Shown in pieces: positions 38,801 through 52,165 of a stretch of 64,000 nt of DNA; position 1 is the first letter of the stretch, and each line of letters starts with the position of its first letter. The position numbers and the translations under genes are program-made. The notes under the pieces are model-generated. The model saw nothing but the letters and a program-made list of their open reading frames with translations, ran no database searches and was not told the DNA's origin. Origin of the DNA: Eledone cirrhosa (taxonomy: Eukaryota); NCBI GenBank assembly GCA_964016885.1, contig OZ024740.1:225556001-225620000 (forward strand), given 5' to 3'.

Positions 38801-39556
38801 TTTCCCTCAAAATGAAAGGCAGACTGTATGATACGTGTATATGAACAGCAATGTTACATGGTAGTGAGACCTGGGTGCTGTCTGTAGAAGACTTGCGTAG
38901 ATTAGAAAGAAATGAAGCCTGCATGCTCCGATGGATGTGCAATAGTAATATATGTGAACGGCAAAGCATAAACAAATTGAGAGAGAGACTGAGCATAAGA
39001 GGAATCAAATGATGTGTAAAGGAGAGGAGGATGTGTTGGTATGGACATGTGATGTACATGAAAGATGGCAGCTGCATAAAAACGTGCAGAGCACTAGAAG
39101 TCGATGGAAACCGCGGAGTGGGGAGACCCAAGAAGACCTGGGATGAGGTGATAAAAGCCGACCTTACCCAATTGCATCTCTCAAAGGCGATGACACACGA
39201 CCGTGACCTCTGGCATCTGGCAGTAATGCAGAAAACCCGACCCCCCAAGCCGAAGCTGAAGCATATAGACAATATGTCCCCACCCTTCTCACTGCAAAGT
39301 GGTCGTAGAGGTGCCATGGCAAAAAAGCACCCAGCCCACACTGTAAAGTGGCTGTGTAGGCGTCACGCAAAAAGAGCACCCATCACTCACTGTAAATGAG
39401 GTTGGTGTTAGGAAGGGCATTCAGCTGTAGAAAGCAAGCCAGAATCAGTTCCCGTATGAGCAACACATGGTCAGCCGACCAGGCACTGCCCACAACAGGA
39501 CAACCCGTCTAACCTATGCTAGCGTGGAAGAATGGACGTAAAACGGTGATGATGAT
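35900..39556 (+). mobile_element. RTE-clade LINE, near full length, degenerate (APE-RT with internal zinc finger)
   Basis: LRVGISNVSTMKG, VQETRW, GGVGI, SAYAP, AGDCNGH, QIDFI, NYRGIKL, QFGF, YADDL, C4HC3-like finger, YLG, WYGHV, GRPKKTW; (GAT)n tail. The 5' boundary is uncertain. Confidence 0.92.
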
Positions 39557-39566
39557 AATATATATG

Positions 39567-39604
<38 letters not shown>

Positions 39605-40287
39605 CAGAGAGAGAAAGCTGCGATGATAGGTAGTTAAAGAGCTAATACATTTATGTGCACACTTCTACCTATATTCTCTGATCAGTTAGTGTATTAAGGA
39701 AAATAAATTTTGCTTGACAAGAGATGTGATCAATGTAGTCTTCCTCTTTACTACTCTCTTTAACTCATTTTATTGACAGAATTTTCTATAAGTCTATTTA
39801 TTATATCATAATTAACTTAAGCACTTTCATTCATAGGGTGACTTTATCTCATTCATTAACGCTGTTTGTTACCTTTGGGGCATATTTTCTCCCACCATTT
39901 CCATTTCTTTCAATACTCTTCTTTGATTTTTTTTTTTTACAATATTTCTGTTTTATATGCAATGGAAATCTATTTCAATTTCACTCTTATATGATACGTC
40001 TATATCTTCCTTTCTCCTGTACCATTATTTCTTGCTTCTTTCAATAAATGTTTTTTCCTCTTCTACATTGTCTACTTTTCTCTTATGTTAAATCATCTTC
40101 CTGATAAAACCAAATCCTTGTCTTCTTTCTGAATTTTATTTTTCTTCTCTCTTGTTATTCTTTTATACTTAATTTCTCTATATCTAGTTTTATATCTTTT
40201 TCATCCATCTCCATACTTTTAGTCTTTCTTTGCATTTTCATTTTTTTCTATGCTTTACATCCATTTTCCAACGTTAGTAAAAATTAA

Positions 40288-40614
40288 TGATTGCTGTTGT
40301 TATTGTAGCTGTTACTGCTGTACTTCTGCTGCTGTTCTTGTTGTTGTTGTTCATGTTGATGCTGTTGTTGGTGTTATTATTGTTGTTGTTGCTGCTGCTA
40401 CTGCTGCTGCTGCTTTTCTTGTTGTTGTTGTTGTTGTTGTTCATGTCGTTGCTACTGCTGAGGCTGTTTTTGTTACTGATGCTGTTACTGCTCTAACTGC
40501 TACTATTGTTGTTGCTGTTATTGCAACTGCTGCTGCTATTGTTGTTGTTGATGATGCTACCTCTGCTTCTGTTTTTGTTACTGCATTCACTGCTACTGCT
40601 ACTGCTGCTGCCGC

Positions 40615-40660
<46 letters not shown>
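40288..40660. repeat. (GTT)n/(GCT)n/(ACT)n trinucleotide tract
   Basis: Seen directly. Confidence 0.95.
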
Positions 40661-41285
40661 AGAACTATTGCTTACATCTGAATTACTAATTCACCTGTTA
40701 AACAATTAGGAATAAAGGCACCTTATATAAGTCAGGCAATTTGCAATGACTCAGAAGGTGCCTGAGTTGAAATGGCATAAGACCAGCTAATTCCAAGAAG
40801 CATTGACTACTACAGTAGGGGTAGAAATGACAAATGGAGAGAGGAGAGAGAAATATGTGAGCTAGAGGCTTGGGGGTACCTGCTTCATGCCAATTAGTCA
40901 ATTAACAATGTTTCGAGATGATAATAGTGGTTTTTACCATTTATGCTACCAAGGAACTGTATTTATTTAAATGAAATATCCCATAGATCTCAGGCTTTTG
41001 TAAAGGCAGTCTTCACAACAAACCCACAGATCTCCAGAGAAAGAGACCAGAGGATGCTAACTGCTAGCCTACTCTGTTATAAAGTTTGAATTTTAAGTTT
41101 GTATATAAAAACCAGTCCAGCACCTTAACAGGGTTGTACTCAAAACTTATTCTACATTTTTTTTTATGTTTACTATTATTCATTTTATTTATACTTTACT
41201 TGAAGTGAAGACAAATCTATCTGAGACATTCGCCATGAGGTACTTGTTTCTTTTGCTTTCTTAAAATATAGAAAATACTAATAAT

Positions 41286-41469
41286 TGTTTCTACTTTAGG
41301 CACAAGGCCAGCAATTACCCAGTGCATTACTAGTACTTTATTTTATCGACCCCGTAAGGATGAAAGGCAAAGTCAACCTCGGCGGGATTTGAACTCAGAT
41401 TGTAAAGGGACATAACTATGCTGGAAAGCATGGCGTCCGACCCTCTACCGATACTGTCAATCCACCGTT
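41286..41469 (-). mobile_element. tRNA-derived SINE family 1
   Basis: 17-bp TSD tagaaaatactaataat at 41269-41285 and 41470-41486. Confidence 0.92.
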
Positions 41470-41984
41470 TAGAAAATACTAATAATGTAAGTTGTTCCTC
41501 TTCAGCTAAAAGAAATGTTGAAATGTTATAAACAAAGGATATTTAAGAAAATAAAACCTATTTGCTTCCATAATTGGAAAGTGGACATAACACATATAGA
41601 TTTTTGCCAATCATTGTTTTATAATATCTTTGTTTGTTTTTTTCTTAATTTCATTTTTCATCATTAAGAATTTTACCTTCGAGCATAAAATGGTTGTTAT
41701 TAAAATTATGTTTTCCTTGCAAAAATTGTTGCCATTCTGATACTTCTCCTATCGTATTTTTTGTTGCTGGATTTGGATTATTTATTAAATGGGTTTATAT
41801 CTTTAGGATATTGACAAATCTGCTCTAAGATGTATTTTAATGGTCATACATACATGTAGTCACATGAACACAAAACTATAAGCACGTTTGTATTTAGATA
41901 TATATGTATGTAAATATATATGTATGAATGTGTGAGTGTGTGTACGTGCATGCATGTATGTATCTGTTATGTATGAACGTCTAT

Positions 41985-42021
<37 letters not shown>

Positions 42022-43778
42022 CACACACAACACTTGCTAGCATGGAAAGTGCATGATAAAACATATACATATATATATATATGATTTAACATCCACTTTC
42101 CATATATATATATACATATATAGTATGTGTGTGTGAAAGAAAAGTGTGTGGTTTTATGGTTAGATAGTTGGATTCACAATCGTCAGGTTGTGAGTTTGAT
42201 TCTTGCATAAGACGATATATTGTGTTTTTGAACAAAGCACTTTATTTCACGTTGTGATGTCACTGATGCCAAGCTGTATCAGCCATTGCCTTTCCTTTTT
42301 ATATGCAATGGAAAGAGTAACTATTGATTACTTCTATTTGATCCCTCTTGGAAAATTGATTCAATTGGTGCTCTTACTGTTAACTAGCCCTGTGCATCTG
42401 CCATATATGCAATTTTCCTTTTTTATCAGACGATTTGTGATCCCACTTCACTGTTTGTGCACCAATATGGAATTCCTACCTACACCTTTTCTGCATATTG
42501 AGAATCGCCTCTTCCTTCCCAAATGAGAGTAGAATCTTAACCTCTTTCCTAAGACATATATTTGCTAAGTTTAGTTTGAGTGTTCTTGATATATCGATAG
42601 TTAAAGGATTGTGCAGAGACCCAGCAGTTTCCCATACATGCAAATCATCCATCTCCAAGCTACTGATGTTATCAAAGATAATGTCTTACACAGCTTGAAA
42701 CCAATGTTGATTCAGAATGCAAATGGTTGAAAAAGATACCAGGAGTCTTCACATCTGATATTTTAAAGATTCTACCAATCTGCAGACCTGTACATGTAAT
42801 ATATATCTACAAATAATATATACATATCTAACTATATGAACACACACATCTCTCTTTCTATGTCTCCTTCCCTCTCTCCTTCACTATCAGTTAAGTCTGT
42901 GCCTGACAACCTCCCTAGTACTGGGGCTTTGTTAAAACACATCTAGTACTCTTTTATTTTGTCAGCTTATGATGCTCATTGATATTAAGAAGGCCTTCCA
43001 GCAATATAAATATGATAAAGAGGGTTAAAATGACACTTTAGTCATGTAAACATGTAAAGTGGTTATTGACAGGAAAAGCATTTAGCTGTAGAACCAAGCC
43101 AAAAATAAAAAAGGGTCGAGAAGATAGTTTAGTTGTTTCATGATAAGATGCCCCCAGTATAATCTGTTAAGTGATTGGTGGTAGGAAAGGCATCCAACCA
43201 TAGAGGACTCGCTAAATAAAAAGTCAAGAGGACTCTTCAATTGTGTCAAAGATATGAAAACGTCCTTAGTTCTGGTGCCATAATAAATTTCACCTGGCAT
43301 ATTCTGTATAGGGCTGGAGCATATATGAGCAAGATGCTGCTCCCATCCCCCTAGCTTGTCTTAGAGGTCAGGGGGCTCCAATTAAGTGATGATTTGGTCT
43401 GTGACAACCTGTCCAACTCCTGCTAGGAAGGAAAATGGACATTCACTGATGAGGATTATTATGATGTTGTTGATATATAATTAAAGATATTTTTTTCAAA
43501 TTGCATCAGAAAAATTCCTCAGTTAAATAAGGTATACAATATGTTAGAGAAGATTTTTATATAAAAATTACTCCTACATGACTAGAACTGCTTCATTTTA
43601 ATGAAATAAATATATATCATCATAATCGTTTAACGTCCATTTTCCATGCTAGAATGGGTTAGATGGGTTGTCCCATTAGAGGCAAGTAAGGTCATGTGAA
43701 TGTGTCTTGCTCATATAGAACTGTTTCTGGCTGGTTTTCTTTGGCTGGATGCCCTTATATATATATATACACATACTT

Positions 43779-43811
<33 letters not shown>

Positions 43812-44280
43812 ATGTACTTTCTATAATCTAATGGCTGGAATTGGTTTTGATTTAAAGAGTAAAAGTCTGTCACACTTTGTAGAAAATAATGACTGAAATT
43901 AACACATTTAATTTTTTATATAAAATCTCTAAAAAGAATACAATTTCTTTTTTTCAAATTCAACAAATTATTCTTTACATAAAATTAATTTAGCAATTAA
44001 AATGATTAGAAAATTAATTAAAAATACAAAAATACATTTTTGTCTTAAAATATACAAAGATAAAGCAAGACTAAACTTTCCAATGCAAATTCCTCTTCCT
44101 CACATAATATTTTGAATTCAGACTTTAATTTAAAAAATGTTGTATTAATGTAATAAAAAATATTTTCAATTATTAATTTAAAATGAACATTGTTTTCTAT
44201 TTCACATCATTATGCTCTGAAATAATTCTACATTTGTGAAAATCATTGAGTCAGAACAATGCCAAACTAAATTCAATGGA
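41470..44280 (-). pseudogene. IR/iGluR-like pseudogene G (S1 through M4) split by repeats
   Basis: QFQPLDYRKY (~43814-43843; cf. FLDPLAYEIW); M2 LYTLFN*GIFLMQ (43501-43539); IGRIF and FDNISSLEMDDLHVWETAGS (~42615-42785); LKYILEQIC..IGE; M4 VLFS*ISFVYNISTFLLAEE (~41497-41558). Confidence 0.6.
42370..42535 (-). mobile_element. RTE zinc-finger fragment
   Basis: CRKGVGRNSILVHKQ.SGITN, homologous to 10050-10200. Confidence 0.7.
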
Positions 44281-44804
44281 GTATTTAGTTGTTGTTATGG
44301 TTGTTGCTTAGCTCTACATTAGCATTGATCAATCACATCTATAACGAAAATCATTCAAGCAAAGACCAGCTTGTCTTGTTTTCAATAATAGTGTACGCTG
44401 AACTATATTATTGAAAATGTCCTTTCTTTTAAGATGGTAGACTATCATTTAAGTAAGATTTAGCTAATATGGGAAAGCATGTAATTATGAGTTTGATTCC
44501 TAGACTAGGTGTTTTAGACACAAATTTACATTGCTTCAATTCATTCAGTTGAAATTGAATATCAGTGGCAGCTACAGGTCAGCCCAGTGATAGACTAACA
44601 TCTTGTTTATGTGGAAGGGGCCTTGTACTCACAGTCACATAAAATCTCATGAAACCGGGATGGGCCCCAGTAAGCATGGATATAAAAACAATAACTCCAT
44701 CTCTCAACGTTTTCTCTTGTATTTCTAGTAGGTCTAGCATGGCTATGTAAACACTTTTTTTAATCTTTTTTCTTAACTCATGGAGTATCATTATTAAACA
44801 GAGA

Positions 44805-44863
44805 AAATAAAGTAACAGCAATGCACTGGGATAATTGCTGGCCTTGTGACAAAAGTAGAAACA
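44805..44863 (+). mobile_element. 5'-truncated SINE family 1
   Basis: 3' tail sequence with flanking direct repeat attattaaacagagaaa at 44790 and 44864. Confidence 0.7.
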
Positions 44864-45564
44864 ATTATTAAACAGAGAAATAAATATTTTTCAGAACTTT
44901 CCATATATTGCCAGTTAACAATTTATTTGATTTTCATTATAACTATAAAAGTATTTTATTATATCACAGTAAGACATGTAAGGGGATTGGTTGCAGCAGG
45001 AGAAATGGTGAATGCATTGCTCTTAAAATAGTGTAGGAGACAGAGCAGAGTTATTTTCCCCCATGGTCTTATTCTTAGAGGAAAGGGAGCATCTCTATCT
45101 TGAACTACTTGAGTACGGAGATTGTTCAAGGTGCTGGTTGTTTATAGGTATGCAGTGAAATTTATTGGAGAGCAACCAGTACTTTATCAGCTTGTAATTC
45201 TCAAGTGTTTTGTGTGATAGAGCTTGGTTCTGATGCTTGTTTAACCAGATTGTTGCTGGAAAACATATTGTGGTAGCTCACATCTGAAATTACAGATTAC
45301 TACCTCAGAACAGAAATATTGCACTATTGACCAATCTGATGCTGAGGTGGAATGGTAATTGGTAGAGTTTGAAAATAATTTCCTATGGACCTGCAGCAGA
45401 ATTCCAGTCACTCATAGATCTAAAGTCCAAATCTTTCATTTCAATTCTGGATCAAATTCTTTGAAATTCTTCAACCCTCATTCCTACAGGAGGAATTGAA
45501 AGCACCCAATGCATTGGATCCATTCAGTATACTGTGCATCATCACTGAGTAAATATTTAATCAG

Positions 45565-45877
45565 AAGCCGAAGCTGAAGCATATAGACAATATGCCTCCA
45601 CCCCCTCCCACTGTAAAGCAGTCATTTAGAGGTCACAAAAATCACCCTGTCCAGACTATAAAGTGGGCATGAAGGCACCGTGGTAAAAAAGCACCCAGTA
45701 CTCACTATAAATGTGGTTGGTGTTAGGAAGAGCATCCAGCTGTAGAAAGCAAGCCAAAATTAGTTCCCCTATGAGCAAGGCATGGTCAGCCGACCTGACA
45801 CTGCCCACAACAGGACAACCTGTCTATCTCATGCTAGCGTGGAAGAATGGACATAAAATGGTGATGATGATGATGAT
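45565..45877 (+). mobile_element. RTE 3' UTR fragment
   Basis: aagccgaagctgaagcatatagacaat..aggaagagcatccagctgtagaaa..(GAT)n. Confidence 0.85.
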
Positions 45878-47089
45878 TGACACCTTCTTAGAAACAGTAG
45901 TTTGACTTATTTCAACACGAGATGTACCCTTTTCCAGGACGTTACACATTATTTTAACAAAATAAAAAGTATTTAAAGAAACATTTTTTCACTACAGGAC
46001 ATAGCATTATATATTATTGCTTCTTACTAATATAACTTTCTATTTTTAAAGAAAGATTATTTCAATAGTGGACATAGTGTTATCTAATGTTCCTAGAATG
46101 AAGTGATTTGAAGAAAAGTTATTTCAATATTAGACACATCATTATCCATGATTTAAACCTTTAGTTACCAACCCAGTCAAAACCAACTCTGGTTCTATGA
46201 AATAAAACCACCCATTTTAAAGGTTTCCAACATAATTTTATATAAGAACTTTACAGTAAGTTACTATCTTAGTAATGAAATAATAAACAATTTTAGTAAA
46301 TCCTTCAAAATTCTTCATTAATTAATTAAAAAAGAGGGTATTTCATTAGAAATGCAGTCATGAAATGGTGGTTAAAGAATTATTATTCAAAAATACTGTC
46401 TTTCTGAAAGGAAGGTGAAATGCTTTAAAGAAACGTTCAATACTGGTCATAGCACTTTCTATTGTTCCTTTGAAAATAGAATGAAAGGATTTAAAGAAAG
46501 GTTATTGCAATATCAGATGTAATGTTATCCAGATTTTAAAGAAACATTATCTTGAAACCATACTGTTTCCTGAGAGAGAATGCTTTGAGCTCTAGCAACA
46601 GCTTCCTAAGGGGGGAACAAGTACACTGGTTTGCATCTGAATCACATTCAATTCTGGTACATATTTCAGCCACACCCACATAACTGCTTATGGTAGCAGG
46701 CTAAACTTAGTGAGGGACTGGATGCTAGGAGAGGAGATGTGTACTGCCAAATATTTCTTAGGCCCATTGTAATTTCATAATGAACATACAGTAAATCATC
46801 TAGAGTGATACCCCAATGACTGGCTGCACCAGTTATGGGAACTTGATTGATTGCTTTAGATTGCTTTATGTTATTTAGGTTTGTATTTTCAATAGAATAC
46901 TTGCCAGCCTGGAAAGGTGGAGGTTAAACTACAATGATGATGATGATTGAACAATGGCTATACTGCAGCATAGCATTTTCAAATGTTTGGGGTTGAACTC
47001 TACCTAAGTATATATTTGTACCTCATCATACTCTATATGTTGACAAAATATGTATCAGTAATACACTGGAATTGCTGTAATTAATTACA

Positions 47090-47433
47090 CTGCTGCCATA
47101 CCAACAATAATCTTTTATGTAATCCAAAGTTTCAATATTTCATAATATCAACATCTGATACTTAATTATTCTGAATAATATTAAATTTGGTGCGTATGCC
47201 AAATTACAATTTAAAAATGACAAACATTTAGCTAGAAATATGGAAATGTAAAATGCAGAGTTTGGAATATTCTGCACCCAGCAACATTTAATTCTATCTC
47301 ACCAAAACAGAATTAAAAGGAAGGACATGTGGAGAGAAATTATTGAAATAAATAAATAGAAAAATATACAAAAATTATAAATATATATAAAAAAAGGAAA
47401 ATGATGAAGATTTAGAAGAAGCAGAATGCAAGC

Positions 47434-47473
<40 letters not shown>

Positions 47474-48340
47474 AAATGAAGAAAAATGTTTTAAAAGTGA
47501 ATGGACTTTCCACTCTTTACCCAGCAATTCACATAATACTCACACTGCCAAAGCAAACACTCTCAACACTACATCCAGAGGATCACTTGAGATATTGCTT
47601 TCTTTTTATTTTCTATCTTTTATGTTAGGTTTTCCTCAAACTCTGTTAAATAACATTTGAGTACAGAAGAAATTCCGAAAAAATAATGTTTATATTTAAT
47701 TACAATTTTACTGTCCAAATTTAACACAATGATTTTATAAGGAGAGGATTTCATATGAGAAAGATTAAGGAAAAGTACTGGAGAAAAAATCTCATGGGAG
47801 AAAAGATTAGTGGAAAATGACTCATGAATGAAACATTGAAAGAGTGGACCATTTGTTGAAAATGAACTTTCTAGAAATGCTTCAGATATTTTACAGAAAT
47901 AATATGAAATCTCATATATGGAAACACATTTCTCTTCAAATTTTATTACTGATACAAATATTTCTGCTTCAACGTGGCCACTTATTAATCTTTTCCACTG
48001 AGATGCGATCATATAGTTGTCATCTTCTAACTAACAAGCGTGAACTATCAGTGTCAGGTTGGCAAAAGAAGCATGAAACAGAGAACCATACTTGCTTGCT
48101 GCCAGCCATTATTTTCTTAACTCTGCATTTCACCATTCCTTGACGAGCAATTGCTGACAAAGTTTGTGATTAGCAAGCATGAAATGAAGATCAGGAAAGC
48201 ATTGTAGCAAAACAAATAACATCCTTTCAAATGTCCATCTTGGGAAGCTTTCTTTAGTCAATCAGTCTACCCATCTATGTACTCAAGCAGGCTTCCTATA
48301 AGAGAGAAGAAGCACAGTGAGTGACATGGGATGAAGTTAT
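47090..48340 (-). pseudogene. IR/iGluR-like pseudogene H (best preserved; S1-M1-M2 open for 130 aa)
   Basis: CFPDLHFMLANHKL..KEW..FANLTLIVHAC*LEDDNY is in frame with ORF 47620-48012 (QWKRLISGHVEAEIFVSVIKFEEK..ISYYF; M1 ending LSHMKSSPY, cf. VSRFSPY; M2 HYFFG). RVESPF at ~47498-47515 (cf. RMESPI). Confidence 0.72.
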
Positions 48341-48894
48341 TTCAGTAAAGTGTTGGGTAAGGGAGTTAAAATAGAAAGTAATTCATTAGTTATAAAATGA
48401 ACAAACAGCAGCAAAAGAAAAAATAAACAAATATTGAAGAAAATCTGTGCAACTAAGAAGAAAACAAAGAATACTATTCACAATAAATATAAAAATAAAT
48501 ATAAACACTATGAACTCAGAGAAGAAGCATGTATGAATGAATGGAAAGGAATGGTTGCGAAGGAAGGCAGAGATGTATTTGATAAAGGAAAGAAAACAAA
48601 CAAAAAGGAAATAAGTAATTACCAGAAATAAGGGCCAAAAGATAGACAAACAGTGAACATGACATTGTAAAGGGACCGTGAAAACAATTGCCTCGGGTTA
48701 TTCTCAGACACTGATATTTTAATAATGTCAATATTTTTCTTTTGAAAGAAGCATGTTTATGATTGATAAAAAATATATAATAATAATAACTACTATAATA
48801 AGTATAGTATCATGGCTTCAATAACTAATACAATATTGCTTTTTGTTTTGGGAGAAAGATTCACATTTCAAATAAGTAATATCATTTATTTAAA

Positions 48895-49200
48895 ATCATC
48901 ATCATCATCATCACCGTTTAACATCTATTTTCCATGCCAGCATGGATTAGATGAGCTGTCCCGTTGTGAAACAAGCCAGGTTGGATGACCGTATCTTGCT
49001 CATACAGAACTGATTTGGCTTGATTTCTACAGCTGGATACCTTCCTAACACCAACAACATTAACAGGGTGTTTTTGTCATGACACCTACATGACCACTTT
49101 ATAGTGTGGATTGGGTGCATTTATTATCACATCTACATGACCACTTTATAGTGTATTTTGGCTGCTTTTTGTTGTGACATTTTCATGACCACTTCACAGT
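48895..49200 (-). mobile_element. RTE 3' UTR fragment with short tandem units
   Basis: (cat)n tail, ttctacagctggatac, repeated atgaccacttt. Confidence 0.75.
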
Positions 49201-49219
49201 GTATTTAAATAAATATTTG

Positions 49220-49870
49220 TTATTTTTAATGAATGTAATTGAGTTAACAGCATTAATATATATTGTGTGATATGGTTACTGGCAAATTGAATCTGTATCT
49301 TAGTTTCGATTTCCCATGAAGTAAATAACTTCAATGATATTACTAAAGCTTTTCAAAGAAAAACATTTGTTTACTACCTTCTTTATTCAGTAAATTTGAG
49401 GCTTGTTGCCAGTAAAAGAAATTATGTTTCATATATTAGAATGAATGCACTACTCAAATATCCTTTTTTGAAAATGTTTATGTAGAATAACATAGGATTA
49501 TACTTTTCGAAAACAAATTTTATAGTAGCCCTAGAAGATAAAAACACAATAAATGTAGTCATGACATTTAGAAATATTACTTTTTTCACAAGAGTTAAAA
49601 TGATAGAAGAAAGAAATGTTGTTGAGTAGAATACATTTGGAAACATGAAAATACGTTAGTCTAGACAGAGTTGTAATGTTATACAAAGTCATAGTCTGCA
49701 AGTGATTGAACACACTATTATAGTGTTTAGTGAATAATAAACAACTTATGATACACAAGTTATGGAATATAAACACATGGCATATAAACATTATATAAAT
49801 ATTGAGTCGAGCTGTATCAAGGTATTGTTTACAAGTAAAATCTTGTTATTCTAAAGTGTTAGAATTACAA
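49220..49870 (-). pseudogene. IR/iGluR-like fragment I (S1 end, M1, M2, M3)
   Basis: ORF 49422-49646: hydrophobic M1 ending FVFEKYNPM, then M2-like YLSSAFILIYE; ORF 49531-49791 supplies the S1 part. Confidence 0.55.
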
Positions 49871-50789
49871 GAGTGTTGGTCAAGTGGTCTTGTAGTATTT
49901 GTTTTGGCCCTTAGAGTTCTGGTTTCAAATCCCATTGGGGAGTATTTGGGTAGTAAAATTAATCCATCACCCAGTTTAACTCCATCAAACGAAATTTGAG
50001 TGCCTTTGTTGGAGTTTACTTTGTTGTCATCATTGGCCTGGTATTCAGTTTGAAAATACCTCCTTTTTTCCCTCTCACCAGTGCTGGGGGTTCTGAGAGA
50101 AGGGCATGAGCCCTGCCCTATCTTCCCTGACTAAACATTAAATAAAATAAAAATCTGGAATCTGGTCAGCAACCTGGGGAAATAGGGCATGGCATAAACA
50201 AATGAAAGAAATTCTATGGTCATTTTGACCTGCTAGATATAGTAGTCAACTCTCCCTCAAATTAACCTTATTGCTTTATAAAGGAAAGGACACAATGTAA
50301 AATATTTTCTCTGATATACAAATAATATATAAGGGTCATGGCTGTCATGCCTTTGATCAAAGATCAAAGATTTGCTCAATCAGGACTGACATGAGGTCTA
50401 AAACATAACAATATCAACAACTATCTGGTGTACAAAATAGAGGTTCTTGGATTAGGAGATAAGACAACGATGATGACAATGATGATGAGGATGAGGAGGA
50501 AGTTAAAATGCTTTAAAGGTTATCTTCTAGGGAAAGGAAACCAACCACTACAGTATTTGTAACTCAAAGTGAAAGTAAGGAATTCAAAGTGGGAACATAT
50601 CACTTCAAAGTGAAAATAGTGATTACATAGTTAGCTGATGTCACACAAACAAAACCTTAACTATCTCAATTTAGTAAGAAAAGAACACACAATGCTTTTC
50701 ATAGAGAAAACATAGCACTATCTTAACCCTCCCAAAACCATCCATGATTTTATGAAACAAAGCCACCTGTTTTAAAGTCTTCTAACTTG

Positions 50790-51446
50790 AATTAAAAGTG
50801 TAATAGTAATATACGTGAACGGCAAAGCATAAATGAATTGCGAGAGAGATTGAGCATAAGAGGAATCAAATGCTGTGTGCAGGAGAAGAGGTTACGTTGG
50901 TATGGACATGTGATGCGTATGAAGGATGACAGCTGCATAAAAAGGTGCAGAGCACTAGAAGTCAATGGAAACCACGAAGTGAGGAGACTCAAGAAGAGCT
51001 GGGATGAGGTGATAAAAGCCGACCTTACCCAATTACACCTCTCAAAGCCAATGACACACGACCGTGACCTCTGGCGTCACACAGTAATACAGAGTACCCG
51101 ACCTCCCATGGGTACAAGCCAAATCTGAAGCATATAGACGATGTGTGTCCCCCCCCCCCCCACACTGCAAAGTGGTCATGGAGATGCCACGGCAAAAAAG
51201 CACCCAGCCCACACTGTAAAGTGGACGTGTAGGCACCACGGAAAAAAAGCACCCACCACTCACTGTAAATGAGGTTGGTGTTAGGAAGGGCATCCAGCTG
51301 CAGAAATCAAGCCCAAATCAGTTCCTGTATGAGCAAGGCAAGGTCAGCCGACCAGGCACTGCTCACAACAGGACAACCCGTCTAACCCATACTAGCGTGG
51401 AAGAACGGACGTAAAACGGTGATGATGATGATGGTGATGATGATGA
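50790..51446 (+). mobile_element. RTE LINE 3' fragment
   Basis: ORF 50838-51128 RLRWYGHVMRM plus 3' UTR and (GAT)n tail. Confidence 0.92.
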
Positions 51447-52004
51447 TTCGATATAAGAACATTTTATGTTACAAATATCATTTTGATAATGAAATAATTA
51501 ACAACTTTAGTAAATCCCTCCAAATTATTCATTAATTAAATCAAATGCAGTATATTTCATTGGACACTTGGTAAGTAAAATGCTGGTTAATCACAATTGA
51601 AATAGCTTGTTCTTATTGGAAATATTCACATTGACAAAATCTAAATGTGCAGCTCCAAAACTCATTGCATAAATAGATGTTTTTAAAGAACAGTGTGGCA
51701 GTTAATCATTTAAGAGTTACATTGCTTATTGTTTGAATGGTGGTTTTATAATGATTAGACAACAGATCAAGTGAACATTGAACAGAGTAGGCACAAATCT
51801 TTAACATTCCTTACAGTCTGCTCAAAATCTTTTGTGATCATGGATCAGTGCCATTGGGAAATATCATATGATGAATTTTTACTGTGTTAATAAAAGTTAT
51901 AAGTCACTTGGCAAGTTCTGATTGTTGACGTTACAGATGATGCTACCAAATTGTTCTGTATTAATCTCATTTTGAAACGACTACTCTCACTTTTTTGCAA
52001 TAAA

Positions 52005-52165
52005 GTTTCATTTTGAAATCCTTGATTTCACTTAGAATTATCAAAGTTTCACTTTGAATTATCAATGTTTTAATTTGAATTATTAAGGTCTCACTATGAA
52101 TCATCAATGTCATAAGGAATTATTTAGGTCCCACTATGAATTATCAAGATCTCACTTTGAACTGA
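52005..52165. repeat. ~21-bp minisatellite (about 7 degenerate units, tcactttgaattatcaa core)
   Basis: Seen directly; reverse-complement units ttcaaagtga at 50561-50615. Confidence 0.75.

Noticed and set aside
45060-46830. Very decayed LINE RT-like pieces on the minus strand (~45060-45560, ~46570-46830)
   Set aside because: Only faint motifs (GITLD-like); too weak to classify.
52005-52165. CRISPR-like short repeat array
   Set aside because: The units are contiguous with no unique spacers, the context is eukaryotic, and there are no cas genes.
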